Positions 29,985-41,900 of a DNA stretch of 64,000 nucleotides are shown here, piece after piece (the first letter of the stretch is position 1; every line of letters begins with the position of its first letter). The stretch is from Lingula anatina (taxonomy: Eukaryota; Animalia; Brachiopoda). The stretch covers positions 26,852,401 to 26,916,400 of the forward strand of contig CM120641.1 of the NCBI GenBank assembly GCA_051362555.1, in the 5' to 3' direction. The notes beneath the pieces were generated by a model that worked only from the letters and a program-made list of their open reading frames with translations, was not told the DNA's origin and made no database searches. Both the position numbers and the translations under genes were made by a program.

Positions 29985-32900
29985 GCAGTTAAACAGTTTT
30001 TTGTGAAAATTTAATTTTTCACATATTGGCATTTTCAAGGTGTGACTTTAAAGTTCCATGATCTTGAAGACTTTTGCTTGTCACATTTTCTGAATGTCCA
30101 TGTTACTAATATTTTATTAATAACATTTGATTGTCATTATGCTGTTAAACATTATGTAATGTTGCATCAAAATTTGAAGAAACCCCTATTTTGGGCACTG
30201 CTCCTATGATGACCATTTAAGGGAAATCATGTCACTTACTGTTCTCAAACTTACAGGAAAGAAAAATGGGTCTAACATACAGCTTCAATAGGCAACGCAG
30301 TCTGTTTGGTAAATTTTTCTGGCAATTTAACAGTTTTTTGTGAAAATTTAATTTTTCACTTATTTGCATCTTTATTTTCTGTTCTTTGTCTGTACATTTG
30401 ACAGCTTTGCTGCCTTGTTGTTTTTTTTTTTAAGATTATTTGGATGAAACAAAATTACTGGTGAACCCAGTTTTGGTCTACGTTGTGCAAACTGAATAAA
30501 CTCAAATCTAGGCTTCCAAAGGTATACAATTGATCAAAATTGATAGAAAAGAAATTCCTTTTCATCAACCTTACAGAACACATAAAAGTGCCTTTCCATT
30601 AATAAATATTCCTCATACCTTTTTTCTCAGGAAAGAGATGAGGACAAAAGAAGATGCCAGGAACTGGCAGAAGAGAATGCTCGTTTGGAATTTGAGAAAA
30701 AGAGCAGCATGAATGAAAGTGCAAACTTGGAACAGGAATTAAGTCAAGCCAGAGCAGAGATTACCACAGGTAACATTAACGTATTGTCTCATGTCAGAGA
30801 TATTTTCTTTCTTTTATCTTTGAAGCAAAATGAATGTTCCGGTGAATAAGTAGTTTCAATTTTTCCCCACAATCATTGCATTAAAGATTCATGGAGGAAA
30901 ACAATATCAGAAGTTGACAAAAAGAAATGGAAATGAGCAGGCACACTTTTATAAATCAGTATTATTATATTTCAGACAAACAGGCTAAGCATTGTCGGTG
31001 AAAATAATATTATCCTCATTTTATTTCATATTTAATCAGTTTCTATTTTCTCCCCCCAGGTCTGTCCAGCACCCTGTCAGACCAGATGAATGATACAGCC
31101 AATTCCAAGATATTGCGTCTGGAGCTGGAGAACCAGAGGCTCAAGCAGCAGGTGGAGGAACTGAAGCAAAAAACCATGGTGGAAAACTTTGACCAAATTC
31201 TTGAGCTGGAGAAGGAGAATGGACGACTGCAGAAGAGGGTAAGGCATTGGCACGTGTTCTGAAACAGCAGCAATCAGCATTGGAGTAAAGGGAATTCACC
31301 ATTATAACTGTCCATTTCACATCTGTTTCACACACTAATTGAGGTTTTCCGTCAGTGACTGTTCCCCCTTCAGGGCCCATTCCCAATAAAACTCTTGGTC
31401 TATGTAGATTGTCACTGAATGCAATCAGATTAACATGCCTGCTTTTGTTATGTTGGTTCTCATATAATTACTAGCTTTTCTATATTCTACTCAAAGCCAG
31501 GAGGTGTGTTTATCTGCTTACCTGATTGCATTCAAAGAAAGTCCCTGCAGAGTTAGATCGATCTTTGAAGACCAATAGTTTCATTTGGATTGAGCCCTTA
31601 GAGTTATTCTAGCAATTCATTTTACATCATGCAAAACGTAAAATCATTTTACTATACATATTTTAGTGCAAGTGGTGTAATTTTATCTGATAAGCTTCTA
31701 TTCACATATGCCCAATGTGACCTAATGTATATGATACCTGATGATTTTTTTTTAAAGTGAATCTCTTATGCTTCAGGTGGACAAATTGCAAGAGGCCTAT
31801 GGAAGAGAGTCAAAAACTATTAAAGAGCTCGAACAAACTGCTGTTGAATTAAGAAGAGAAAAAGAAGAACTAAAACGGAATGTGGAGAATGTGAAAGTAT
31901 CATCGGACAGGCAGATCAAGGAGTTGCAAAAAGAGAATGAGCAACTGACACAGAGTGTATCCACTCTCCGAGAACGGTGTGAAAAATCAGGAGACGTGAG
32001 AGTGAAAGACATTGAGAAAGAAAACGAGAGAATGCACAGGAATAAAAAAGAAATGACCACGTATATAACGAGATTGGAATATGACAATAGACATCTGCAG
32101 CAAAATATTGCCAAGCTGAAAGATAAAGTTGACAGGGCGGAGCAGGTTCAGGAGGACAACACAGCCCTGAACAAGCAAAACAAAGACCTGCACAAAACTG
32201 TGGCCACCCTGACCCTCAGTGTGGACAAGATGGACACTCTGGACCTTAATGTCTCCGATTTAAGTGTCGAGAACCGCAGGTTGGAAATTGTCATACAGGA
32301 TTTGAAAAAAGAGGTGAAGAAAATGGAGAAAGTTGAGAAAGAAAATCTGGACTTGACAGTGGAAAATAAGCGATTGCAGCGTACTGTTGATCTCATGAGA
32401 AATTCCAGGTCAAAGGTCGTGACACCTTCTGACAGCAGCGAGGGACCAGTAAGTCCAAGGGAAGTTTTCTTGCAATCACCAGTGCCTCCTTCCCCTCAGC
32501 CATCTGCTCAGGAAGAAGAACTGAAAAGTCAGCTTGATGAAAAAGAAAAAGAAATTGGAGAGTTAAAAGGTTTTCTCGAAGCTGTTAAGACTAACAAAGC
32601 AAAGTATGACCAGTTAGAGGTAGATTTGTTGGATTTAGACACAGAAAACCAAAAATTACAGAAATCTCTAGAAGCAGCTAATGGGACAATGGAAGAAGTG
32701 AGGAAAGAGGTAACAGACTTAGAAAATGAAAATCAGAAATTGCACAAGACCATTGAAACATTGAGAGTTTCAGTCAAAAAACTTGAAGCACTAGAAAAAG
32801 ATAACAGAGATCTCGAAACGGAAAATAAAGATATGAGTCGAGAAAGCGCAAATGTGGAAAAAGAAAACAAGCGACTCCGACAGACATTAGGCATGAAAGA

Positions 32901-35900
32901 AAACCTCGTGGATGAACTAAGTGGTAAACTGAGTGAGGTTGAAAGAGAAAATAAAAGTTTGAAAAAGAATATGGACAGGTCCCGAGAATCTTCAAGCAGA
33001 GTGAAGGAGCTTGAGAAAGAAAACATGGACATGCTTCAACAAGCCACCATGGACAAGAAGACTCTGGCCACTTTGAGAGAGGTGAGAGGACCTAGAAGAT
33101 GTTGCTAAAATGGTTTTAATTTCAGTCCATTTAAAAGCGTATCAGTGGGTTTATTTGTTTTGCATCTAAAAATTTGGTTGTGCAGAGATGCATATGTGCA
33201 TATTATTTTGTATCATTACTTCAGTGGTTTACTGTTAGTATTGCTTGAGCTTTTTGTTAACTTTTAAAGGTTGATTTCCAGCACATGGTGCAATCAATTT
33301 CTGAAGGATTTCAAAAAATTTATTTATTCCACACATTTTACTATCACAAGTCTTTTAAATATTTAGTATCTTACAAGTAGTCAATACTGACTGAAAACCA
33401 GTAGACCATTTTTTAAATTTTTGAATCAAATTTTAAGAGTAATTAATGAAAATATAGTCATTTGTGAAATATTACTATTAAATTACAATATTGTTGATAT
33501 TTTAGGACTTGGTCAATGAAAAGATCAAGACTCAGCAGTTGAGCAATGAACTGGAGAAGCTGAGGCAGGAACTAGAGAGAATTGGGATCAGCAAGGAGAA
33601 GCTACTCATGGCTGAGCAGGCTCAGGATGAGAGGTAGGAATGACAACATCAACAAAATGGTTACAGAGCACAATTTTGAAGAAATCTGCTTTTTCCTCTC
33701 TAGCTACTTATCACACACATGTATATAATATCATCTACTAATTACAACCTATTCATCATTTTAAATAGGCAGAAAGAAACAAAAACATTGTAAATTTGAT
33801 TGATGATGTAGTAAATTACAAAGTAATTACATGCAGTGTTAATTAATGGTGTCTGTGACAAATGACTACTGTGTGTGTTATTCAAGTGATTGCTAAATGA
33901 GGAAGTGATATTATTTCATTCAGCAAGTACAAGGCCCTGGAAAGTATGATGGAGGATGCTTTGAAGCAAAGTTCTCAAATTAAAGAAGAGAAGATACAGG
34001 CTTTAGAGAGCAGGTGAGGACGCTTTGGTTTAAATGAATTATGATTATTTCCCTTATGATTTTTACTAAGATATTTTCAGTATAATTATGAAACAAACTT
34101 GGCAACTTTTCAGTTAAAGCAACAAACTAGATAAGGTGTTTAAAGAATTCTTCATCATTTCAAATAAGATTTACAAGATGTTTTCTTTCCATTATTTTAA
34201 TGAAACAAATCAAATCCAGCGACTCCAAAATCAGTGGTTCAATATTTATACACAGGCAGCATAATTATAAACTGTTTTAATTGTGAAAATAATATCTGTT
34301 TGACAATACGAAAGTATCACATTATTGATTCTAATTCAATTAAGGCTTGAAGAATCTAAGAATCGTAACAGAAAGCTCCAAGAAGAATTGAAAGCCATTA
34401 GAAAGGAAAGTGAGGCTTTGAAACAAAGATTGGAAGAAGAAAGTGCTTTGCCAGAAGAAAGGATGCCTGTTAAAAACAAGTGAGGTTTATTTTTATTTTA
34501 AAATTCCGTAGCCTACACTTGAAATTTAAGTAATTTCTGAAGAGTAAAAAAGATCATTACCATGATTAAAATGTATTACACTGTGATCAAGTATTTGATT
34601 TAATTATTATTTGCTTTCAGGTCTCTCAGTTTGGAACGTGCACAAGTGAGTGCCACCAAAGAAATCCTGCAATTGAAAGATCACCTAGTGGAAGTTGAGA
34701 GAGCAGTAAGTGCAAGCACAAAAAAAAGAGATAAAAAATTGAATGTTTAATAATGAGTTTATTCTACAAGGTAGAGCAACAAAGATTTTAATCTTAGTTT
34801 AGTAACATAAAAATATAGGTAATTGACTTTAAGGAAGCCTGTAACTTTGTTATTGTGAAGTGTCAGATATGTAACTAGTCAGTTTAAGAAGTTATATACA
34901 CACAAATTTAAATGAGTTTTTCTTATTGATTTTTTCACCTTTTTTCAGAATGCCACTCTAATAGCAGAAAACAAGAACATGAAAGTTCAAACCAAGAGTG
35001 TTCAGGACAGGTTACATCAGATGGAATCCCAGAATTCCAGTCTGCAATCCCAGGTTGCATCACTTCAGCAACAGAGCAGCGGAATGCAGAGTGAGAATGC
35101 CAAGTTGCAGGTTTGTATCTGTTTGATAATTTCCTTTTCTGCAAAGACAAAGAAATGACAGCAGTAGCACTCTCTTTGAATAATTGTAAGACTTTACGTT
35201 GACAAAGTTTGGTCCATTCCTATCACATTTTGTTTGCAAGTTCTAACACTTCTTAAAAGTTGCAAAATTGTGTGAATGCTATTAAATGATCATATTTGTA
35301 AATATGGAAATTGGTTCATCTCCAGGTTGAAGCTACCACCCTTCAGTCTCAGAGTGCCTCCCTGATGCTCCAGAACACCACTCTTCAGAACCAGTACTCC
35401 ACACTGGAAGCCGACCATCAGCAGCTGCGCTCAGACATGGATGAGCTGCAGAATGCTCACGAGCAGCTGGTTATGGACCACGAGGCACTTCAGCAGCTTC
35501 ACGAGCAGCTCACAACGGAGTACGAGGCTCTGATTTCAGAACATGGCTCCCTGAAGTCAAACCACAAGGCTTTGAGGGCCGAGTTCCAGGAGCTGAGTAA
35601 GTTACAGGAGTCTCTGGTCTCTGAGAAAGCACAGGTCGAGGAACTGAAGCAAAAACTACAGAAGGAGAAGGATGAAGTGCAGTCAGAGCACAAGTCACTC
35701 GGTGGCTTGGAGTCGGAGCATAGGAACTTGAAACAAGAGCACGAGAGACTGACGAGCTCCAAAGCCCAGGTGGAGAAAGAATACCACAGTGTGCTAGCAG
35801 AGTACAAATCTGTGAAGACGGAATACAACCAGCTGAAACTGAAGCACACAGAGCTCCAGGGGGACATGGCAGACTGCAAAGACCAACTGAATGCTATGGA

Positions 35901-38900
35901 TGTGGAGGTGTCCAAAATGGCGAACAGATGTGAGGTAAGATTCTGAGAAATAGATCTGAGGAATGTGACTCATGATTGGGACAGATTTTGAGAAAGAGAT
36001 ATCACAGAGAGTTGTACTGTGAACCATTTCAGAAGGGAAATGTACACCTGACGGTAATTATTGGACCATAATTGTTGACAGTAAAATCCATGGTCATAAA
36101 TTACAATTTCACCTAAGGCACATGCCCCATAGGTATTGGCCTGAAAGTTTATGTCCTTTGGGTTACTCTCGTTAACTTCATTTTACAGAGTATAGCTATA
36201 ATTGTGCAATAGCAAAAGGAAGAAATACCTTTTAAAACAAAATACTGTGGAAGTTTTTTTTTTATCTTGTTATGAATAAACAAAAAGAGAAGATTCATCA
36301 TTATCATGGTCATATTGATACAAATTGTACTTTTCAACCTAGGCACTGTCTCATATGAATAACAAGCTTGAGGAAGAGAACAAGCAGCTTATATCCCAGG
36401 TGCAGCAGTTAATCCAGCAAAATCAAGACCTGCTGATGCAGACTTTGGAAAGCAAGGAGCACTTCCATGAAGAATCCAGATTATATATGTAAGATATAGA
36501 ATGGATCTTAAAAATATCTGGGAAAATTTGGGTTATGTGTTTGGAAAACAAAAGTGTTTATTTCTCAAATGGTGGTTGGGGTTTGAAAGCAATTTTGAAA
36601 ATTTTAGAAATATATATTTATCAGGAAAGCCATATAGGTTTTGCAGAACTGAGCTTTTAATTAACCTGTATAATTTAATGAGTATAAATATGCAGAATGG
36701 AACTAACTTAAAATATACAAGTAACAACATGCATCAAGCAGGCCAGATGCAACACTAAGACTTTTTAATCGTTTTTGATAGCTTTTATATTTATATGTTG
36801 GTTAAGGCAGTAATGCATGTTCAATAAGCTGTTAAATGCAGTTTTGTCAGCAATGGTGTGTTGTATATTAAATGTGTCTGCACCATAAATGTAGGAGCCA
36901 GTAAAAGATATATCTGTACATGGGGTTTTAGCTTAGATTTGTGTTATATTGGAAATGCATGATTATGTTGCTCAGCATGGTCTGTGTATTCAGTGTTGTA
37001 GCCAGAGCTATGTTGGTGTTATTGCTTTGATAGGGGGCAGCTTTCTGATCTTCGAAGGCAGAAGGAGAAGCTGGAAGAAAAAATAATGGAACAGTATAAA
37101 AACTATGATAGGTCACCCAAGAAGTAAGTAGTCTAGAGTATCCGTTCTGTGAAAAGCTGTTAAAGTTTTTTTGTACATTTAATACAGCCAAGATGTTTTT
37201 ATTTAAGAATTAACACTGCAATATTTATGTATGACTAAATATGGATTTTTATTTATATTTTGAAATCATGCAAAATGAAATATTTTTAACTGCAGCAAAA
37301 GCAAAACAGAGCCTGTGAAGTATGTAGAGTTTGTCTGTTCTTTAAAAATTTAATAATTTTATTTGTTAGTTTGCATTAGTAACTATTTATCCTTTTACAG
37401 GTAATTTTTAATGTTAATTACCTGATATATTTAGATTGATTTATAGTTGGTGTGCGATTGCAGTGATTAACTTGACTTCATTTTGAAATAAGCTGTCAAT
37501 TTCATATATGATAGCATGATTTGTTTATGCTAGGCTAGTTTAATTGTGCATGCATTGTTTGTAGATGTGGAATGGTGCCTTATAGTATAGTCATATCTTC
37601 AATTTAATAATTTTATTAACTTTTCTAAGAAAAGTCTTGGAAGTTAAGTACTGTACTTAAATAGCTAAAGCAAATCTACCACTATTTTATACTTCTGTTT
37701 GAGCCAGATTATTTCACGAATTAAAACTGAAAGATTCTGCAGAGAAAATGATATAATTTTCAGCCTATCATCTTCAGCATTTTCCAAAATTGCGTAATTA
37801 TGCTAGAGTGAGACCAGATAACAGTGTTACCCACCTCTATTTTATCTGTTCTTCTTTCTTAGGCGAAGTTCCAGCATGAGCCAGATAGCCAGGAGAGCCA
37901 GCCTCTTATGGTTATTACCTTCCAAATATAACAGTGTTACATTTCTAACAGATTCCCAGTTGCCTTCAGAGAAGCTGTGAGATTGTACAGCATGCGGTTG
38001 ATGATTAGCTTTCCTGATCACTCAATCAGCCCTTGAAGTGTTTTGGGAGATTTCTGCTGCTGAATATTTTTTAAGCGTGGTTTTGTTTCTCAAAAGATTT
38101 GTTACAAGTCATTCACCTTTTAATATGTTTATAACATGTTAAGTTCACCATGAGTTTCAGAGTGTTAATGGTTATTGACCTCTGGCTACTCCCATGGAGT
38201 GGTCAGTGTTTGGTGTAGTGACCAGGGATGGGATTTTTCTGACCATTGGGGGATTTCCGACTTGGGCGCCAAAAAGTCTCATCCCTGAGTAACCAAACCT
38301 TGATTCCAAGTCAAACTTGAAATCAAATAGAACATGTTTTGTCAAAGTAAGATGGCAATCAGAGCATGGCTACTGAAAGTGAGCTGGAGATGAGTTATGA
38401 TGAAGTTTCTGTTACTCTGAAACTTAAGGTGATGAGCAGGTGTTCAGTGTCATGTTTTTAATGCATGTTGACTCGTTGTTTTTTGTGCTCGTTTCAGTGT
38501 TACAGACAGTTTTGTACTTTTGCAGATGACTGGAGCTTGTTGCTAAATTGTCCTTTCTTAAAGTGTTAAGACTGCAAATGTCAAGCTTACGTTACTTTAA
38601 AACATTGTGCTTTATGTTTTTGAAACTGCTATATTATTTTAATGCATGATTTTTTATGTTACAGATTTCCTTGACATGAGTTTGGGATGAACGTTATGTG
38701 TTCCATTAACATGAGTTGCTTTGCAAGCATGCCATCATTTCTTGCGCTTGAATTTCTGATCACTTAGTATGGTACCTTAAATGTTTAAATTGTAAATTGC
38801 AGGAATAGAGGGTTTGGGGCTCAACTTGTAAGAAAGGCAAGAGGTTTCATCTCAAGGGTATGTGGTTTGTGATGTATATATCAAGTTGTTCACATACAGA

Positions 38901-41900
38901 TATGGTTTCATATATCATTTACACTAATTTCATTACATTTAATTACAAAAGTAATTAGTTAATTAAAATTTAATGAGATGTCACAGTCATTTTGATCCAT
39001 GTAGAAAGCATATGCCTAAGTTTTTGTATCAAATTTGTATAAATGTGCTATCTTTTCAGAGGAAGAGAGAAAATGAGAGAGGTGAACGTCCAAGATCAGC
39101 AATCATAGAACATGGTGGTCACCATGGTGACAGCCCAGGTGACAACTCCTCCCTGGGTTCATTTGGCGACTCCATAGATGGCGCTGAAGTAACTCTTGTA
39201 GGGATCAGGAAAACAGCAGGTAAATAAAAAGATGCTCAAGCAATGTTGAATTTTAAACTGTTTTATAACATTTCTTTCCCTAATGTGCTGTGTGTGTAGA
39301 ATTTTTCATAAATGATCAATTAATTTTGCTCTTTCAGCCCTCTTCCAGATGGTTCAGTGCCTTCAGAAGATAAAAAAATATTTTGATGTGTTTTTATTAT
39401 ATAATTTTTCCATCTTTTGTTCTTAGCAGAAGACGGCTACATGCAACAGAAGATGCGTGACTGGGAGAGTGCAAAATTGTCCAAGCATTCACGCAACCTT
39501 GCAAAAAGCACTACAGCTCTTAATTATGAAAATTACAATGGTCAATTCACTATGAGAGGTAGATGACTATAGTTTAATACCTGTTAACCTTATGTTTACA
39601 ATGATATAACAACCGTTTTCAATGTAAGCCTTTGTTGTTGTAAATTCTCAGTAATCAATACCATGAACACTTCTCCTTTTATGGTTTTCATTTGCTGTTC
39701 TTGTTTGCTGTTGTAATGCACTAATCATGGTGTTTGCTTCTGTAATAATTCTTTTCAATTGAAGTAAATTGTTAGCAGGGGCTTTTTAGTCCATTTTTTT
39801 AGATTCAAATAATTGGGAGCTTTTTTTATGTTAGCTTACTAACACAGGGCGGCCCTGGTTGAATACTGTTTTAGGCTCTAAATCCTCCGAGGATTTGTTG
39901 AACATCGACACTCCTCGCAGTGCCCGGAGCGATGGCGTCCAGGCCGATGTCGAATCACTGTCTTCTAGTAATGCTTCTTGGCATTTCTTAACACAACCTA
40001 GGAATAAAAAGAAAGGTAATTGGTATATGCTGTAGAAGAATCCCCTCAGTACAAAAAAAATCTTTCTGATGAAGTATAATGTCAGTTGGAGTTTATGGAA
40101 AGATCGTAGGATGTGGTGTTTAATGTGTTTACTTTTATCAGCTATTGTTGTGTGTTGCTGTTCTGTTTAATTTCTGATCTTCTCTCATATTAAGGTGTGG
40201 TTTACCATAAAATGACAGTTTTTATCTGGAGTAGAAGATGGAATTTCTTTTACCTTGACAAATTCTTTGGATAAAGCTCAGTGGAAACTTAAAAGAGAGT
40301 CATTCTTTTCACACACATTTTGCACTGACTGGCCATTTTCACCCAACAAGAATGTTGGATTTTCACCATAACAAATTTTTTCCTGTAGTTTATTAACATA
40401 GATAAATATTAAAACTATTTAAAAAAAAAGAGAAAAGAAAAAGGAAAAAAAAACTGTCAATAATAGTGCCACATCTTAGAGCTTTACTGCTTTGTCACAC
40501 AATCAGTGGACCTCCGTAGATGGCTTCATTGCTCTGTTTATTGCAGGCCCCAGACACAGGAAAAGAATGACACTGGCAGGAATCTTCTATCCATACACAG
40601 GCAGGAATACATTATATCAAAGCATCACCATTTTTACCCTTGCCTGGATTGACAAGCTTGAACATGCCCCAACCCCATAATGCTTTATTTATTTGCTTTG
40701 ACATCCTCAGCGGGATACATATAGTTTGACATTTTTGCAGGATTTACATAGCAAACTGGTGCCATTTAATTAAAGTCATTTTCAGCATGGTTGTGAGGTG
40801 TCGTGTGTGTTGCATGAATATCATTATGTAGTGATTAAAATAGTATGCTGATAAAAATAATAAATTTGTTGCATGCGCAGGGTTCATTTTTACCAACATG
40901 TGCGATCTTTTCCAGGTGGTTGCATGAGTAGAACGTGTTCACAACCAGATTAACTTTGACTGGAACAGTCTTAGACTTATGACTTGGCCATATGAGCAGA
41001 TGGCTGGCTAAATTGAGAGGAACTCCAATTGTTATCCGACTTCCAAATGACTTTTTCTAGTCAAACTTAGTCTGGTTGTGAACTCTGTCGTAGTAACTGA
41101 TATTACAATATCTGTTTTTATTGTTGTTTTAATTAAAATTAAAAGTAAACCAAGCGGGTTGCGGACAGCTTTCTAGTTTTAACACGACAGATGTCAGTAG
41201 TATCCAATGCATCCTAGACTTATTTTATGGCATTATTTTAGCTTGAGGTTAAGTTTTTGATATGAGCTAACATGTTCTTCCAAGCTAAGGTTGACATTGA
41301 TTTGTACAGTCTGACTCTATTAACAAATGTTAAACAAATGTATTTTGCAGGGATCAGACCATAAGGTAGTTGTAGACCTAAAATAATAATTTACAAAGTA
41401 GTAATGTTTTGCCTTTACAATACAGTTTTCAAAAGAAAAACTTTTTTATTCTACTTCAAAAGCAAAAGGAGGACTGTATAATATTTGCACGGTACTTTGT
41501 TTCTTTCATGTAATATTTCACTTTTTCTTCAGGAGCCTATGAATTGCCAAGCAACCAAAATAATTTGTCTTCACATGGCCACCCTGGAACCCCAGGCAGA
41601 GGTAAAAACTGGTGGTTTGAAAGCACTGTTTTATTTAGTAAAGACGACATGTATTTGAAGACTTGATATAAACTCTGTCATTAGAGAGAAATTATCTTTA
41701 CGTTATCTTGAAATTTAGATTGAAAAAACTTTTTTGGGGGAGGGGGGGTTAGAAATTACTATCTTGTCCTTTCCTAATTTGATTCTTTCAAACTACTTGT
41801 CTTATATAACTGGATATTATCCCATGTAAAAAAGTTTAACTAATTGGGATTGTATTGTATTAGGGAGACAAGGCAGTATTAGCTCAGAAGATAACATTCC

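Larger units (their letters stand above)
28383..30419 (+). mobile_element. Non-autonomous Helentron / HINE (DINE-1 or pearl-like) with an internal tandem array
   Basis: Starts TTTTT, then hairpin tatgtacagacaca-ga-tgtgtctgtacata, a GCC/GTC microsatellite and 161-bp tandem repeats; ends with 3' subTIR tgtctgtacat (30387-30397), short hairpin gacagctttgctgcc and TTGTT. Confidence 0.8.

Noticed and set aside
31797-35915. Several Ser/Phe-rich minus-strand ORFs
   Set aside because: Antisense artefacts of Glu/Lys-rich coiled-coil exons.
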